The notes beneath the pieces are model-generated. The model saw only the letters and a program-made list of their open reading frames with translations. It did no database searches and was not told the origin of the DNA. From an uncultured Acidobacteriaceae bacterium (lineage in GTDB: Bacteria; Acidobacteriota; Terriglobia; Terriglobales; Acidobacteriaceae), in the NCBI GenBank assembly GCA_963720815.1, contig CAVRGX010000005.1:733736-797735 (forward strand): a stretch of 64,000 bases of DNA. Direction: 5' to 3'. Made by a program: the position numbers and the translations under genes. Positions 36,776 through 47,201 of this stretch are shown one piece after another. The first letter of the stretch is position 1; each line of letters opens with the position of its first letter.

Positions 36776-37621
36776 ATGACGACAGAACTACAGGCAAAGA
36801 TTGAACGCTATTTTGCAGCCGGAGCAGAGGCGATCGGCGACCAGGGCGCTATGGATGCGTTTCTCGAACTCCGTGCTGCCCTGAGCGGCGGAGAGATCCG
36901 CTCGGCGGAACCGGCCCCGGAAACAACCCTGGGATGGAAAGTGAACGCCTGGGTTAAGCAGGGCATCCTCCTCGGCTTCCGTCTCGGCACGCTGGCCCCT
37001 ATGGGGGGCGGCGAATTCTCATTTGTGGACAAGAACACCTATCCGGCGCGGCGATTCGGCGTGGAGCAGGGTGTACGCGTCGTCCCCGGCGGTTCCAGCG
37101 TTCGCGAAGGCGCCTTCCTCGCTCGTGGCGTGGTTTGTATGCCTCCGATGTATGTGAATGCGGGCGCGTATGTGGACGAGGGCACCATGGTCGACTCGCA
37201 CGCGCTGGTGGGTAGCTGCGCCCAGATCGGCAAGCGAGTGCATCTGAGTGCGGCGGCACAAATTGGCGGCGTACTCGAGCCGGTGAACGCCACGCCGGTC
37301 ATCATCGAAGACGACGTGCTCATCGGCGGAAACACCGGCGTCTATGAGGGCACCGTGGTTCGACGACGAGCCGTATTGGCCGCTGGAACGATCCTCACCC
37401 GTGGAACCCCCGTGTATGACCTGGTGAATGGCCAGGTGCTGCGCGCCGACGCCAATCAGCCGCTCGTCATTCCTGAAGGAGCGGTCGTGGTTCCGGGATC
37501 CCGTGAGGTGAAACGCGGACCGGCGGCCGAGTGGGGTTTGAGCTTATACACACCGGTCATCGTAAAGTACCGTGACGACAAAACCGATCTCAGTTCTGCC
37601 CTTGAGGATCTGCTTCGCTGA
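36776..37621 (+). CDS. dapD: 2,3,4,5-tetrahydropyridine-2,6-dicarboxylate N-succinyltransferase
   Basis: Left-handed beta-helix hexapeptide repeats (..[36 protein letters not shown]..) behind a DapD-type N-terminal domain. Internal Met chosen at [10 protein letters not shown]. Confidence 0.85.
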   Translation: MTTELQAKIERYFAAGAEAIGDQGAMDAFLELRAALSGGEIRSAEPAPETTLGWKVNAWVKQGILLGFRLGTLAPMGGGEFSFVDKNTYPARRFGVEQGVRVVPGGSSVREGAFLARGVVCMPPMYVNAGAYVDEGTMVDSHALVGSCAQIGKRVHLSAAAQIGGVLEPVNATPVIIEDDVLIGGNTGVYEGTVVRRRAVLAAGTILTRGTPVYDLVNGQVLRADANQPLVIPEGAVVVPGSREVKRGPAAEWGLSLYTPVIVKYRDDKTDLSSALEDLLR

Positions 37622-37653
37622 TTCGCCGCGCCCCCGCGTGATAGCATTTTAAC

Positions 37654-39318
37654 TTGATGTCATTAAGCAAGTTACAAATCATCCCGCTGGGCGGGTTGGG
37701 CGAATTCGGAATGAATTGCCTGGCGATTCGCTGGGCAGACGACATTATCGTCATCGACGCCGGTCTCATGTTTCCCGAGACGGAGTTGTTGGGCGTCGAC
37801 ATTGTTGTTCCCGACATTACTTATCTCGTTGAAAACCGCCAGCACGTCCGCGCCATCATCCTCACCCATGGCCACGAAGACCACATCGGCGGCCTCCCAT
37901 GGATTTTGAGTGAGCTCAACGTCCCGGTGTACGCCACCGAGTTCACCCTGGCCTATGTCGAAGGCAAGCTCGAAGAGCACAAGCTGCTCGATGACGCCGA
38001 GCTCATTGAAATTACGCCGCGGCAGAAGTTTCATCTGGGCGCTTTCACCATTGAGCCGATTCGCGTCACCCATAGCCTGGTGGATTGCGTCGCCCTGGCC
38101 ATCGAGACACCGGTCGGCGTCATCGTGCATACCGGCGACTTCAAGATCGATCTCTCGCCACCCGATGGCAAGGCGTTCGATCTGCATGCGTTCGCCGAGT
38201 ACGGCAAGCGCGGCGTTCTGGCGCTGCTGCAGGATTCGACCAACGTAGACCGCGCCGGGTACACGCCGAGCGAATGGGCGGTGAAGCCACGTCTCGACGA
38301 GATTTTTTCCCGCACCAAGCAGAAGCTGTTCTTTAGCTGCTTCTCCTCTTCGATCTATCGCATGCGCCTGGCTCTCGAACTCGCGCATACGCATGGCCGC
38401 AAAGTTGCCGTCATTGGGCGCTCGATGGTCGAGTCCTCAGAAATTGCGCAGGATCTCGGCTACCTGACGTTGCCGTCGGGGCTACTGATCAACCCGGGAC
38501 AAATCCGGGACTATCAGCCATCGGATGTGATGGTGTTGATCAGCGGTACGCAGGGTGAGCCCATGTCCGCGCTCTCTCGCGCGGCGGTCGACAATCACAA
38601 GCACGCACGGGTAGAAAAGGGAGACACGGTCGTCCTGAGTTCCCGTGTGATTCCGGGTAACGAGAAGAGCATTTACCGTGTCATCGATCACCTTTGCCGC
38701 CGCGAAGCCAACGTGATCTGTGACGACGGCGAATCCGGATTGATCCATGTGAGTGGACACGGCAGCCAGGAAGAGATGAGGCTGATGATCAACCTGCTGC
38801 GGCCAAAGTTCTTTGTTCCGGTCCACGGCGATTATCGTCACCTGCAGAAGCACGTCCAGTTGGCGAATAGCGTCGGCGTAGTGAAACAGTCATTGCTGCT
38901 CGAAGACGGCGACGTTCTGGAACTGGACGCAAATAGCGCCACGAAGGCAGGCAAAGTCACGGTCGGCCGTATCTGTATCGATGCCGGTTCCACAACCGAC
39001 GTGGTTGAAGATTTGGTGATTCGCGATCGCAAGCATCTGAGCGAAGACGGTTTCGTACTGGCGATCATCACCATCAACAAACGGACGGGCAAAGTGGAGC
39101 GCGCACCGGAAGTGGTGACCCGCGGTTTTGTAGCCGGAGAGGTTGAGCTCGGTCAGCAAGCGCGCGAAATCGTCGACCGCACGCTGGATTCATCGTCCGC
39201 TGAAGAGAAGGCGGACTACGGCGTGATGAAAGAGAAGATTCGCCTCGATCTCAAGCGCTACATCCAGAAGAGCACATCACGCCGGCCGATGATTATGCCG
39301 GTCATTCTGGAAATCTGA
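37654..39318 (+). CDS. rnj: ribonuclease J
   Basis: Metallo-beta-lactamase/beta-CASP fold: ILTHGHEDHIGGLP, ..HTGDFK.., ..HVSGHGSQEE.. Confidence 0.9.
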   Translation: MMSLSKLQIIPLGGLGEFGMNCLAIRWADDIIVIDAGLMFPETELLGVDIVVPDITYLVENRQHVRAIILTHGHEDHIGGLPWILSELNVPVYATEFTLAYVEGKLEEHKLLDDAELIEITPRQKFHLGAFTIEPIRVTHSLVDCVALAIETPVGVIVHTGDFKIDLSPPDGKAFDLHAFAEYGKRGVLALLQDSTNVDRAGYTPSEWAVKPRLDEIFSRTKQKLFFSCFSSSIYRMRLALELAHTHGRKVAVIGRSMVESSEIAQDLGYLTLPSGLLINPGQIRDYQPSDVMVLISGTQGEPMSALSRAAVDNHKHARVEKGDTVVLSSRVIPGNEKSIYRVIDHLCRREANVICDDGESGLIHVSGHGSQEEMRLMINLLRPKFFVPVHGDYRHLQKHVQLANSVGVVKQSLLLEDGDVLELDANSATKAGKVTVGRICIDAGSTTDVVEDLVIRDRKHLSEDGFVLAIITINKRTGKVERAPEVVTRGFVAGEVELGQQAREIVDRTLDSSSAEEKADYGVMKEKIRLDLKRYIQKSTSRRPMIMPVILEI

Positions 39319-39319
39319 T

Positions 39320-40360
39320 TTGCCCGGCGAGCGGACAGGTCTCGTCACGCTTGCCGAGCTTCATTCGGCGCGCGAGCGGCTTCGCGGTGTCACACTGCAT
39401 ACGCCGCTCGTTCGTTTCGAAGTCCCGGGTGAACCTAACTCTGGTGAACCTGGCTCTGGTCAACCTGGCTTCAGCGAAGCCGGCAATCTTTGGGTCAAGC
39501 CCGAAAGCCTTCAGCCTATAGGCAGCTTCAAGCTGCGTGGCGCCTTCAACAAAATCGTTCAGCTATCGGCGGCGGAGCGCGCCCGTGGCGTCATCACGTA
39601 CTCGAGCGGCAACCATGCGCAGGGAGTCGCCTATGCCGCTCGCGTAATCGGGGCGAAGGCCGTGATTGTGATGCCGTCCAACGCTCCGCTGGTAAAGCTC
39701 AAAGCGACCAGGGCGCTGGGAGCCGAGATCGTGATTGTCGGTCCTGGCAGCTCCGAACGCAAAACAAAGGCACTTGAGTTGGCGGCGGAATTCGGCTACG
39801 TCGTGATCCCTCCGTTTGATGACCGCGACATCATTGCCGGGCAGGGAACCTGCGGGTTAGAGATTGTCGCCGACCGGCCGCAGGTCGACCTGGTGCTCGC
39901 TCCTGTGGGCGGCGGCGGTCTGCTTGCCGGCACCGCTGCGGCCATCAAGCTCAGCCTGCCGAACGTACGCATGGTCGGTGTGGAGCCGGAAGTTGTTTCC
40001 GACGCTGCCCAGAGCCTCAAATCAGGCCACCTGGTTTCCATCACCGCCGAACAGAGTGAGCTGACTTTGGCAGACGGACTGAGAACGCAGACGGTCGGCG
40101 TATTGAATTTCGCTCATATGCAGGCCTACGTGGATGACATCGTGACCGTGACCGAAGCCGAGATCCGTGAAGCGATGCGATGCACACTCTTCGCCACCCG
40201 ACTCGTAGCTGAGCCAAGTGGTGCGGTGGCCCTGGCCGCAGCGCTCTTCCACCGAGCCCAATTGCCTCCGTCGAGAGAGACGGTTGCCGTCCTGAGTGGC
40301 GGCAACGTAGAGCCAGCCCTATTGCGAAGTTTGTTGGAAGGGGCCGAAACTGCGTCTTGA
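39320..40360 (+). CDS. threonine/serine dehydratase (PLP fold-type II, no ACT-like regulatory domain)
   Basis: PLP-lysine context GSFKLRGAFNK plus SSGNHAQG and GGGGL motifs. TTG start, and a GEPNSGEPGSGQPG insertion near the N-terminus. Confidence 0.8.
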   Translation: MPGERTGLVTLAELHSARERLRGVTLHTPLVRFEVPGEPNSGEPGSGQPGFSEAGNLWVKPESLQPIGSFKLRGAFNKIVQLSAAERARGVITYSSGNHAQGVAYAARVIGAKAVIVMPSNAPLVKLKATRALGAEIVIVGPGSSERKTKALELAAEFGYVVIPPFDDRDIIAGQGTCGLEIVADRPQVDLVLAPVGGGGLLAGTAAAIKLSLPNVRMVGVEPEVVSDAAQSLKSGHLVSITAEQSELTLADGLRTQTVGVLNFAHMQAYVDDIVTVTEAEIREAMRCTLFATRLVAEPSGAVALAAALFHRAQLPPSRETVAVLSGGNVEPALLRSLLEGAETAS

Positions 40361-40477
40361 AGGCGTCTTGCCTTCGTCTTAAGGGGTACCGTGCCTGAAT
40401 CCCGTGCTTAGACCCCGCACGGGTTCAGCCTGCACCCGCTCAAGGCGTATCCCCAAGGCGTATTCTGAGGAATAACT

Positions 40478-41473
40478 ATGCGCGCCGCATCCTTCGCCCT
40501 TTCAGCCCTCCTGCTATGCGCTGTCCCTGCTATCGCGGCGGACAAACCTGCCGCTCCCAGAAACGGAGTGAAGGCGACTGTCTTTCGCAACACCAACCTC
40601 TACGTAGGCCCTGACCTCAGTTCCGCGCGCATTGCCGAAATCGCCCCGGGCAGGGAAATGGTTATTACCGAACGAAACGGACCATGGGTGCGGGTTTTCG
40701 CCAACACCGATGAAGAAATCTCCAAATCCCAGGACGCGCCCGTCTTCGGGCAGGAAGCAGCGGCCATCCCTGTTTCTGGCTGGATGCAAGCTCCTGGTGT
40801 TGTGAGCGCGGAGACCCCCAAGGGAGACGTTGTCCTGTTCGGCTTGGCGGCAAGCGAGGAGAAAGACGCGATGCTTCCGCATGCTCCCCAAAGCATCGCG
40901 CAAAATGCGCGCTTGCTGTACCAGCGCGTGGCTGATTTTTTTCCCCAGTCGCAGTTAGCTCCTGAGGCGGCCTGGCGCTCCGCCGATATTCGCTGGCAGC
41001 TACAAAAGGCCGATGTCTTCTCGCTGCCGTCGGCGCATGAGAAGGACAACTGGGTGCGCGAGCAGATCGACGACGAAGAGATGCGCAAGCTCAAGAAGAA
41101 CTATCCCCATTCCAAATGGGCCGACCTGGCGGACTGGAACATACTGGATAACAAGGTTTGCGGGGATTGGCAGGGTTCCACCAGTTGCCCGCAGAAAGAA
41201 GCCGAACTGTATGAGAAGTACGCACAGGAGCACCCTGATTCCCCTCGGGCTGCAGAAGCGCTCTACAACGCTGTCTATCGCGAAGGCGCGCTGAACGACA
41301 TCTACACTGCGGACGGAAACGAAAAGAAAGCCTCCGAAGCCAAAGGGAGAGCCATAGCTCTCGCAGGTACCATGACCAGCAAATATCCCCAATCGGACTA
41401 TTCTGCCCGTGCCGCAGGTCTGGTATACCAGTTGCAGGAATCAATTCCTATTTATGGCGCCGATCGTCAATAG
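40478..41473 (+). CDS. secreted protein, N-terminal SH3b-like region plus helical-repeat (BamD/YfiO-like) C-terminal region; function uncertain
   Basis: Signal peptide MRAASFALSALLLCAVPAIAA. ..LYVGPDLSSARIAEIAPGREMVITERNGPWVRV resembles bacterial SH3, and the C-terminus is helical and TPR-like. Confidence 0.4.
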   Translation: MRAASFALSALLLCAVPAIAADKPAAPRNGVKATVFRNTNLYVGPDLSSARIAEIAPGREMVITERNGPWVRVFANTDEEISKSQDAPVFGQEAAAIPVSGWMQAPGVVSAETPKGDVVLFGLAASEEKDAMLPHAPQSIAQNARLLYQRVADFFPQSQLAPEAAWRSADIRWQLQKADVFSLPSAHEKDNWVREQIDDEEMRKLKKNYPHSKWADLADWNILDNKVCGDWQGSTSCPQKEAELYEKYAQEHPDSPRAAEALYNAVYREGALNDIYTADGNEKKASEAKGRAIALAGTMTSKYPQSDYSARAAGLVYQLQESIPIYGADRQ

Positions 41474-41484
41474 ACTCGCCCACT

Positions 41485-41590
41485 GGAGCAGAACCAGCAC
41501 AACTGTACTCGGCGGAAGGGCGCTTGACTGGATTTTTCATCAAGAAAAATCTTAACTTCCCCGATGCCGACCGGGTATAGCTATTAAATG
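41485..41590 (+). repeat. ~110-bp structured repeat family, copy 3 (right arm degenerate)
   Basis: GGAGCAGAACCAGCACAACTGTACTC...GGATTTTTCATCAAGAAAAATC...GGGTATAGC. Starts 12 nt after the upstream stop codon. Confidence 0.75.
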
Positions 41591-41603
41591 ATCGCCTCTA
41601 ACG

Positions 41604-42494
41604 TTGTGTGCCCGCGGAGGGCCCTTGAACGACTACATCCTCTCAGTCTTACTGGGCATTGTTGAAGGACTTACTGAATTTCTCCCTGTCAGTTCCACGG
41701 CGCACCTGAGGATCGTAGAAGCATTGCTGCACGTCGATCTGGCCAGTCCCTATTGGAAGATGTACACCGTGGTGATCCAGTTGGGCGCCATCCTTGCGCT
41801 CGTCCTACTGTTCACCGGTCGTATTCTCGAGTTTTTCCGTACTTTTCCGCGAGGCGAAAACGGCGATCGCACGATCTACACGCACCCGCTTACCCTGACG
41901 ATGGTTGCCTTTGTCTGCACGGCTGTTCCGTCGCTCGTGCTGACAAAAGTGATTGGCAAGCATCTGGAAAGCATTCGGTTGATGGCGTTTGCGCTGTTGA
42001 TCGGAGGTATCGTGATGTGGGTGGTGGACGCGCTGAGCGTTCGTCGCGACCTCAAGACCAAAGATGTAGAGCAGATGTCGCTTATTCAGGCGGTCTGGAT
42101 CGGTCTCTGTCAGGTGACTTCGGCCGTTTTCCCGGGCACATCACGGTCCATGTCAACGATTGCGGCGGGGCAGGCGGCAGGAATGACCCGTACCGCGGCG
42201 CTCGAGTTCAGCTTTCTCGTCTCCATCCCGGTCATGATCGCCGCTACCGGTTATGAATTTCTGAAAACGGTTCATCCCAAGCAGATCCCTGGTGAAGACA
42301 CGATTGTGCCGCTGGTCATGAACACCCATGGCTGGATTGTGCTCGCGATTGGCTTTGTCGTTTCGTTCGTGGTGGCCCTGGGTGTGGTGGAATGGTTCCT
42401 GCTTTGGGTGCGCCGCCACGGCTTCGTTGTTTTTGCTATCTATCGCATCATCTTGGGTTCTGCATTGCTGATTTTTGGCGCTAAACTAGTGTAG
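41604..42494 (+). CDS. uppP: undecaprenyl-diphosphate phosphatase
   Basis: LGIVEGLTEFLPVSSTAHL ... PGTSRS motifs; multi-TM. The true start may be the TTG at about 41625. Confidence 0.9.
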   Translation: MCARGGPLNDYILSVLLGIVEGLTEFLPVSSTAHLRIVEALLHVDLASPYWKMYTVVIQLGAILALVLLFTGRILEFFRTFPRGENGDRTIYTHPLTLTMVAFVCTAVPSLVLTKVIGKHLESIRLMAFALLIGGIVMWVVDALSVRRDLKTKDVEQMSLIQAVWIGLCQVTSAVFPGTSRSMSTIAAGQAAGMTRTAALEFSFLVSIPVMIAATGYEFLKTVHPKQIPGEDTIVPLVMNTHGWIVLAIGFVVSFVVALGVVEWFLLWVRRHGFVVFAIYRIILGSALLIFGAKLV

Positions 42495-42766
42495 TGCGTC
42501 ACAAATACAATCGTGTATGTCGTGGGTGTGGCCGCGGACTCGGGTGCCCCATATCTCGCACGTACTTGTGCGAGATGTGGGAAAAGAGTCACTCTCTCCC
42601 CGAAACTCTCGACTCACTGCAAAGACTGGTCGGCTAAGGTCCATGAATTCCCCACATCTCGCAACAAGCGCGAGATATGGGGCACCCGAGTCCAGGGCAG
42701 GGTAAGATTCAGGACGCTTGATTACATCCCGGGGTAAACGTCCATCTGGGGGACGCACTACACTAG
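42487..42766 (+). mobile_element. REPIN/MITE-like element, copy B (207-bp shared part 42487-42693) with an extra 73-bp arm closed by an outer 15-bp inverted repeat
   Basis: 206/207 identical to 31160-31366. Outer inverted repeat is CTAGTGTAGTGCGTC (42486-42500) / GACGCACTACACTAG (42752-42766). It contains the in-frame TAG stop of uppP. Confidence 0.8.
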
Positions 42767-42942
42767 CCGGTTTGTGATCGAGCGGGCGGCCGCGCAGGGC
42801 CTAACGCTCGCCGCTCTCGCCGGACCACGGTCATCGCCAAGACGTCTTAAATTTTCTTTAATCTCCTCACGTATCGAGCGTTCAGAATTCCCGCCTACCT
42901 TGAGAGGCGATGGAATTCTTCGATTACGTGGGTTCTCTCCGT

Positions 42943-42971
42943 CCCCGTCCGCTCGGCGGGGGCGTTTTTTT
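42943..42971 (+). terminator. candidate intrinsic terminator (plus strand)
   Basis: CCCCGtCCgctcGGCGGGG stem followed by gc-TTTTTTT. There is no T-run on the opposite strand. Confidence 0.5.
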
Positions 42972-42977
42972 CTCTTC

Positions 42978-44462
42978 TCAGTAAGCCTGAACCTGCTGCA
43001 AGGGCAGCCGAACCTGGAAGCATGTGTTGCCAGGTTTTGACTGAACGGTTACGTAACCGCGGTGCATCCGAACAATCCGGCTCACCACATCCAAACCAAG
43101 TCCCAGCCCGCTTCCTGGAGCCTTCGTCGTAAAGAACGGCTCGAAGATACGTGCCTGCAGTTCGGTTGGAATCCCCGGGCCATTGTCCCAGATCTCCACG
43201 AGCAACATATCGCCTGCATTGTGGGCCAACAGCTTGATCTCGCCCTTATCCTGCACGGCGTCCAACGCATTTTCAATCAAGGCGGTCCAAACCTGGTTGA
43301 GCTCGCGCCCATATGCGCTGACACAGGGTAAGTTTGGCTCGTAGTCGCGGATCACCACGACATTGCGCAGGCGGGAAGCCACCATGGCCAGCGTATTCTC
43401 CAGGCTCTGGGGGACGTCGACTTCCTGGATTGGCATCTGGTCCATGTACGAGTAATCCTTGATAGCGCGGATAAGGTCGAAAATACGCGCCGTGGAATCG
43501 AGCATGGCGTCGGCGATCCTCTCCGTACGCAGAGAAGACGCGAACTGCGAGAGCACCACCGAGATGGCTCCTGCGTCGAGGGAGACTGGACAGAGGGAGC
43601 CCGACAGTAGATCCAGTTGCCGCGGCACAACGCCAAACTCGGCCAACTCGGGCGCGATATGCCACGTCTCCGCGATATCGTGCTTCAGCAGCCAGTTCAC
43701 GATGTCCTCTTCACGGCGGGTCTGCTCCGGCTCGGCTGGCTTGCCCAGCCGTTCGGCCTCAGCGCGCACAGCCTCTTCCCAGGCGAGAACTTTTCCCGTT
43801 CTTTCCTGGTCCAGGCAGAGGGCCCCGAGATTAAAGCGTTCGTGGCCGTATACGCGCAATTCTTCCAGCAAGCCGGCGGCAGACCGCTGCGCTGCCGATG
43901 CAGGGTTATTCAACTCATGGGCCAGGTTACCGGCCAGCTTGCCGAGAGCGTTCAGTTTCTCCGACTGTTGCTCCATGCGCGTGATTTCGCGCACGCGGTC
44001 GAGCAGAATGCCGACGACCCGCTCGGTAAGCGACGGAATGGATTTAAGCATTTCCGGGAAGAGCGTCCTGTCAAATTCCAGGCCCCAGGTGGCAGCGGAT
44101 GTATAGCCCAGCCCACCGTAGGCCTTCATGCGAGAGAAGGGAAGCAGGCCGGTGATTGCCCCGGAGCGACCAATGAACAGCGCAGCAGGTCCTCCGTGCT
44201 CGCGGCGCACGTAGATCTCCCCCTGGAGCAGGATGGTCATCTTGTGGGCAGGATCGCCTTCGCGGAAGATGATCGCCCCTGTCTCGGCAAACACTTCAGT
44301 CCCATGGCTGGCCAGCCACTCGTACTCCGACTCTTCCAGGCCGTTGAGCTGGCTTACTTTTTTGAGCGCGGTCACGATTTCAGGAAGCCGCGCGGGATCA
44401 TGCGGCGCGCGATAAGGCGCCGGCGCCGTAGGCAGAACTGGGGTGGGTGCTTGCGTCGTCAT
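42978..44462 (-). CDS. sensor histidine kinase with N-terminal cyclic-nucleotide-binding domain
   Basis: cNMP-binding-like region (..[21 protein letters not shown]..), HisKA H-box ([11 protein letters not shown]) and HATPase_c (..DNGPGIP...GSGLGL..). Confidence 0.8.
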   Translation of the reverse strand: MTTQAPTPVLPTAPAPYRAPHDPARLPEIVTALKKVSQLNGLEESEYEWLASHGTEVFAETGAIIFREGDPAHKMTILLQGEIYVRREHGGPAALFIGRSGAITGLLPFSRMKAYGGLGYTSAATWGLEFDRTLFPEMLKSIPSLTERVVGILLDRVREITRMEQQSEKLNALGKLAGNLAHELNNPASAAQRSAAGLLEELRVYGHERFNLGALCLDQERTGKVLAWEEAVRAEAERLGKPAEPEQTRREEDIVNWLLKHDIAETWHIAPELAEFGVVPRQLDLLSGSLCPVSLDAGAISVVLSQFASSLRTERIADAMLDSTARIFDLIRAIKDYSYMDQMPIQEVDVPQSLENTLAMVASRLRNVVVIRDYEPNLPCVSAYGRELNQVWTALIENALDAVQDKGEIKLLAHNAGDMLLVEIWDNGPGIPTELQARIFEPFFTTKAPGSGLGLGLDVVSRIVRMHRGYVTVQSKPGNTCFQVRLPLQQVQAY

Positions 44463-44615
44463 GGCGCCTCACGGTGTTCTCTCTTCTGATGTTAGCCGAT
44501 ACGTAAAAGTTGCGCCCCTGGTTCGTATGGTTTGGTTCATCCAGTTGGCGTGGCCTTCGGCGAGAACGGCAATCATGACGGGTAGAGCAAGGGGGGATGT
44601 CCGTTCCTGGGTCGC

Positions 44616-45137
44616 TTACTCGTCACCTTGCGGGTTGTCCTGCATTTCGCTGTTGCGCATCGGCTTGGAATCGACCAATTCCTTGATCTTGTCCATCGGC
44701 ACAGGAGTTGGGCTAGTGAGTTTCTCCCCTCCATCTTTACCTAACAGAACCACGAGAAACTGAGAAGGATCGACCTTGAATCGGTGACGGGTCGCAGCCA
44801 GTTCATCTTCGCTCAGTCCGGCTGTGGGCACCCGCGAGTCGGGAATAGGCTGGTTATGCCCTTCGGGAAGGACCGGGACATAGAGCATGTTCCGGCTTTC
44901 CAGGTCTGCTGGGTTTGCCTTCAACTGGTTCAACTGCTCCACCGCCTTTGGATTATCCAGGCTGGGAGCAAACACCAACAGCGGCCGGTAGCAGTTACGC
45001 ATGGCGCGCAGTGTGTTTGGTTGCGTGGGACATCCGCTGGCGGCCTCTTCTCTTCGCGCCTGCGCTGCCATCACCGCGAAGGAAGCGCCGCAAAACAACG
45101 CGAAAACTGAGAAGCGCACAGCCGCTGACCGGTCCAT
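44616..45137 (-). CDS. DUF4174-like secreted protein
   Basis: Signal peptide, then ..YRPLLVFAPS...LQ..R....L.ERDM-like pattern (CYRPLLVFAPSLDNPKAVEQLNQL...DLESRNMLYVPV). Confidence 0.55.
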   Translation of the reverse strand: MDRSAAVRFSVFALFCGASFAVMAAQARREEAASGCPTQPNTLRAMRNCYRPLLVFAPSLDNPKAVEQLNQLKANPADLESRNMLYVPVLPEGHNQPIPDSRVPTAGLSEDELAATRHRFKVDPSQFLVVLLGKDGGEKLTSPTPVPMDKIKELVDSKPMRNSEMQDNPQGDE

Positions 45138-45200
45138 GCATGAGTAGACTCGACGAACCGCCGAATGGGTGCGTGGAAAAGCGTTGAGAGAGGAGTCTCG

Positions 45201-45290
45201 CCTCCAGCGGCTCGAGCCGGACTCATTGCAATGGAGTTACGTACGGGCTAATGCTCGCTGCGGCGAGGTAGCCTGTACCCTTCAAAGATG
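45201..45290. repeat. palindromic repeat module with a nested hairpin insertion
   Basis: Same module as 22000-22070, but the tetraloop of GTACGGGC-tgaa-GCCCGTAC is replaced by AATGCTCGCTGCGGCGAGGTAG (about 45250-45271). Confidence 0.7.
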
Positions 45291-45298
45291 TGGGATAC

Positions 45299-45339
45299 CT
45301 GGGTCCTCAACACCAGGTTTCTTGATGTTGAGGACCCAG
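45299..45339 (-). terminator. 14-bp perfect stem-loop directly after the ilvC stop (candidate terminator or 3-prime stabiliser)
   Basis: CTGGGTCCTCAACA-13 nt-TGTTGAGGACCCAG. Only a weak T-tract follows on the minus strand. Confidence 0.45.
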
Positions 45340-45352
45340 CCCTAAGCGTGCC

Positions 45353-46429
<1,077 letters not shown>

Positions 46430-47074
46430 TTACAGTTGTTGGTGCGGGAGACCGCTGTCGTTGTGAAAGTCGTCTAATTCTTCCGGTGAAGAATCTTCGG
46501 CGTCTGGGCCAGGCGCCGTTGTCCCGGCTGATTTGCTTACGGCGCCATTTCCGGTTTCCACGTCGCCCAATGCTTCGAGCACACGGTTGGTGTGGTGACC
46601 GCGCCGCATCACCATTCTGCCGGTGCGCGAAATCTCGAGCACGCGGTCTTCACTTTCATTTAATACCTGCAGCAAACCCTCGATCTTGCTCTCGCTGCCG
46701 GTGATTTCGATCATGAGCGATCCGGGCGCAAGATCGACCACGCGCGCCCGAAAAATATTAACCAACTCGAAGATATGCGACCGCGTTTTCGGTGTGGTCG
46801 CTACCTTGATCAAAGCAAGTTCACGGCTCACTGAAGAAAAGCGGCCCACGTCGTCCACCTGGACCACGTTCTCCAGTTTGTACAGCGAGGCCATGATCCG
46901 GTGTCCGGCAGCCGGAGGAGCATCGGCTACGAGTGTCATACGCGAAATGCCGGAACGCTCGGAGCCGCCGACCGTGACGGAAGTGATATTGATGTTTAAA
47001 CGGCGGAATAGCGACGCCACGCGTGTGAGCACACCAGGCTTATCTTCCACGTAGGCGACGAATGTGTGCTGCAT
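46430..47074 (-). CDS. ilvN: acetolactate synthase small (regulatory) subunit, with ~45-aa acidic C-terminal extension
   Basis: MQHTFVAYVEDKPGVLTRVASLFRRLNINI.S..V ACT domain. Confidence 0.9.
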   Translation of the reverse strand: MQHTFVAYVEDKPGVLTRVASLFRRLNINITSVTVGGSERSGISRMTLVADAPPAAGHRIMASLYKLENVVQVDDVGRFSSVSRELALIKVATTPKTRSHIFELVNIFRARVVDLAPGSLMIEITGSESKIEGLLQVLNESEDRVLEISRTGRMVMRRGHHTNRVLEALGDVETGNGAVSKSAGTTAPGPDAEDSSPEELDDFHNDSGLPHQQL

Positions 47075-47201
47075 GTAAACCTTTCTTACTTCTGCTGTCC
47101 CGGCCGGTTGGGGTGCTACCCATCCAGGAAGTGAACCGATGCAAACGTCCGGAGCATTTTCGCAGCGGCTATTACCAGACCGCAGTCATTGCGAACATGC
47201 T

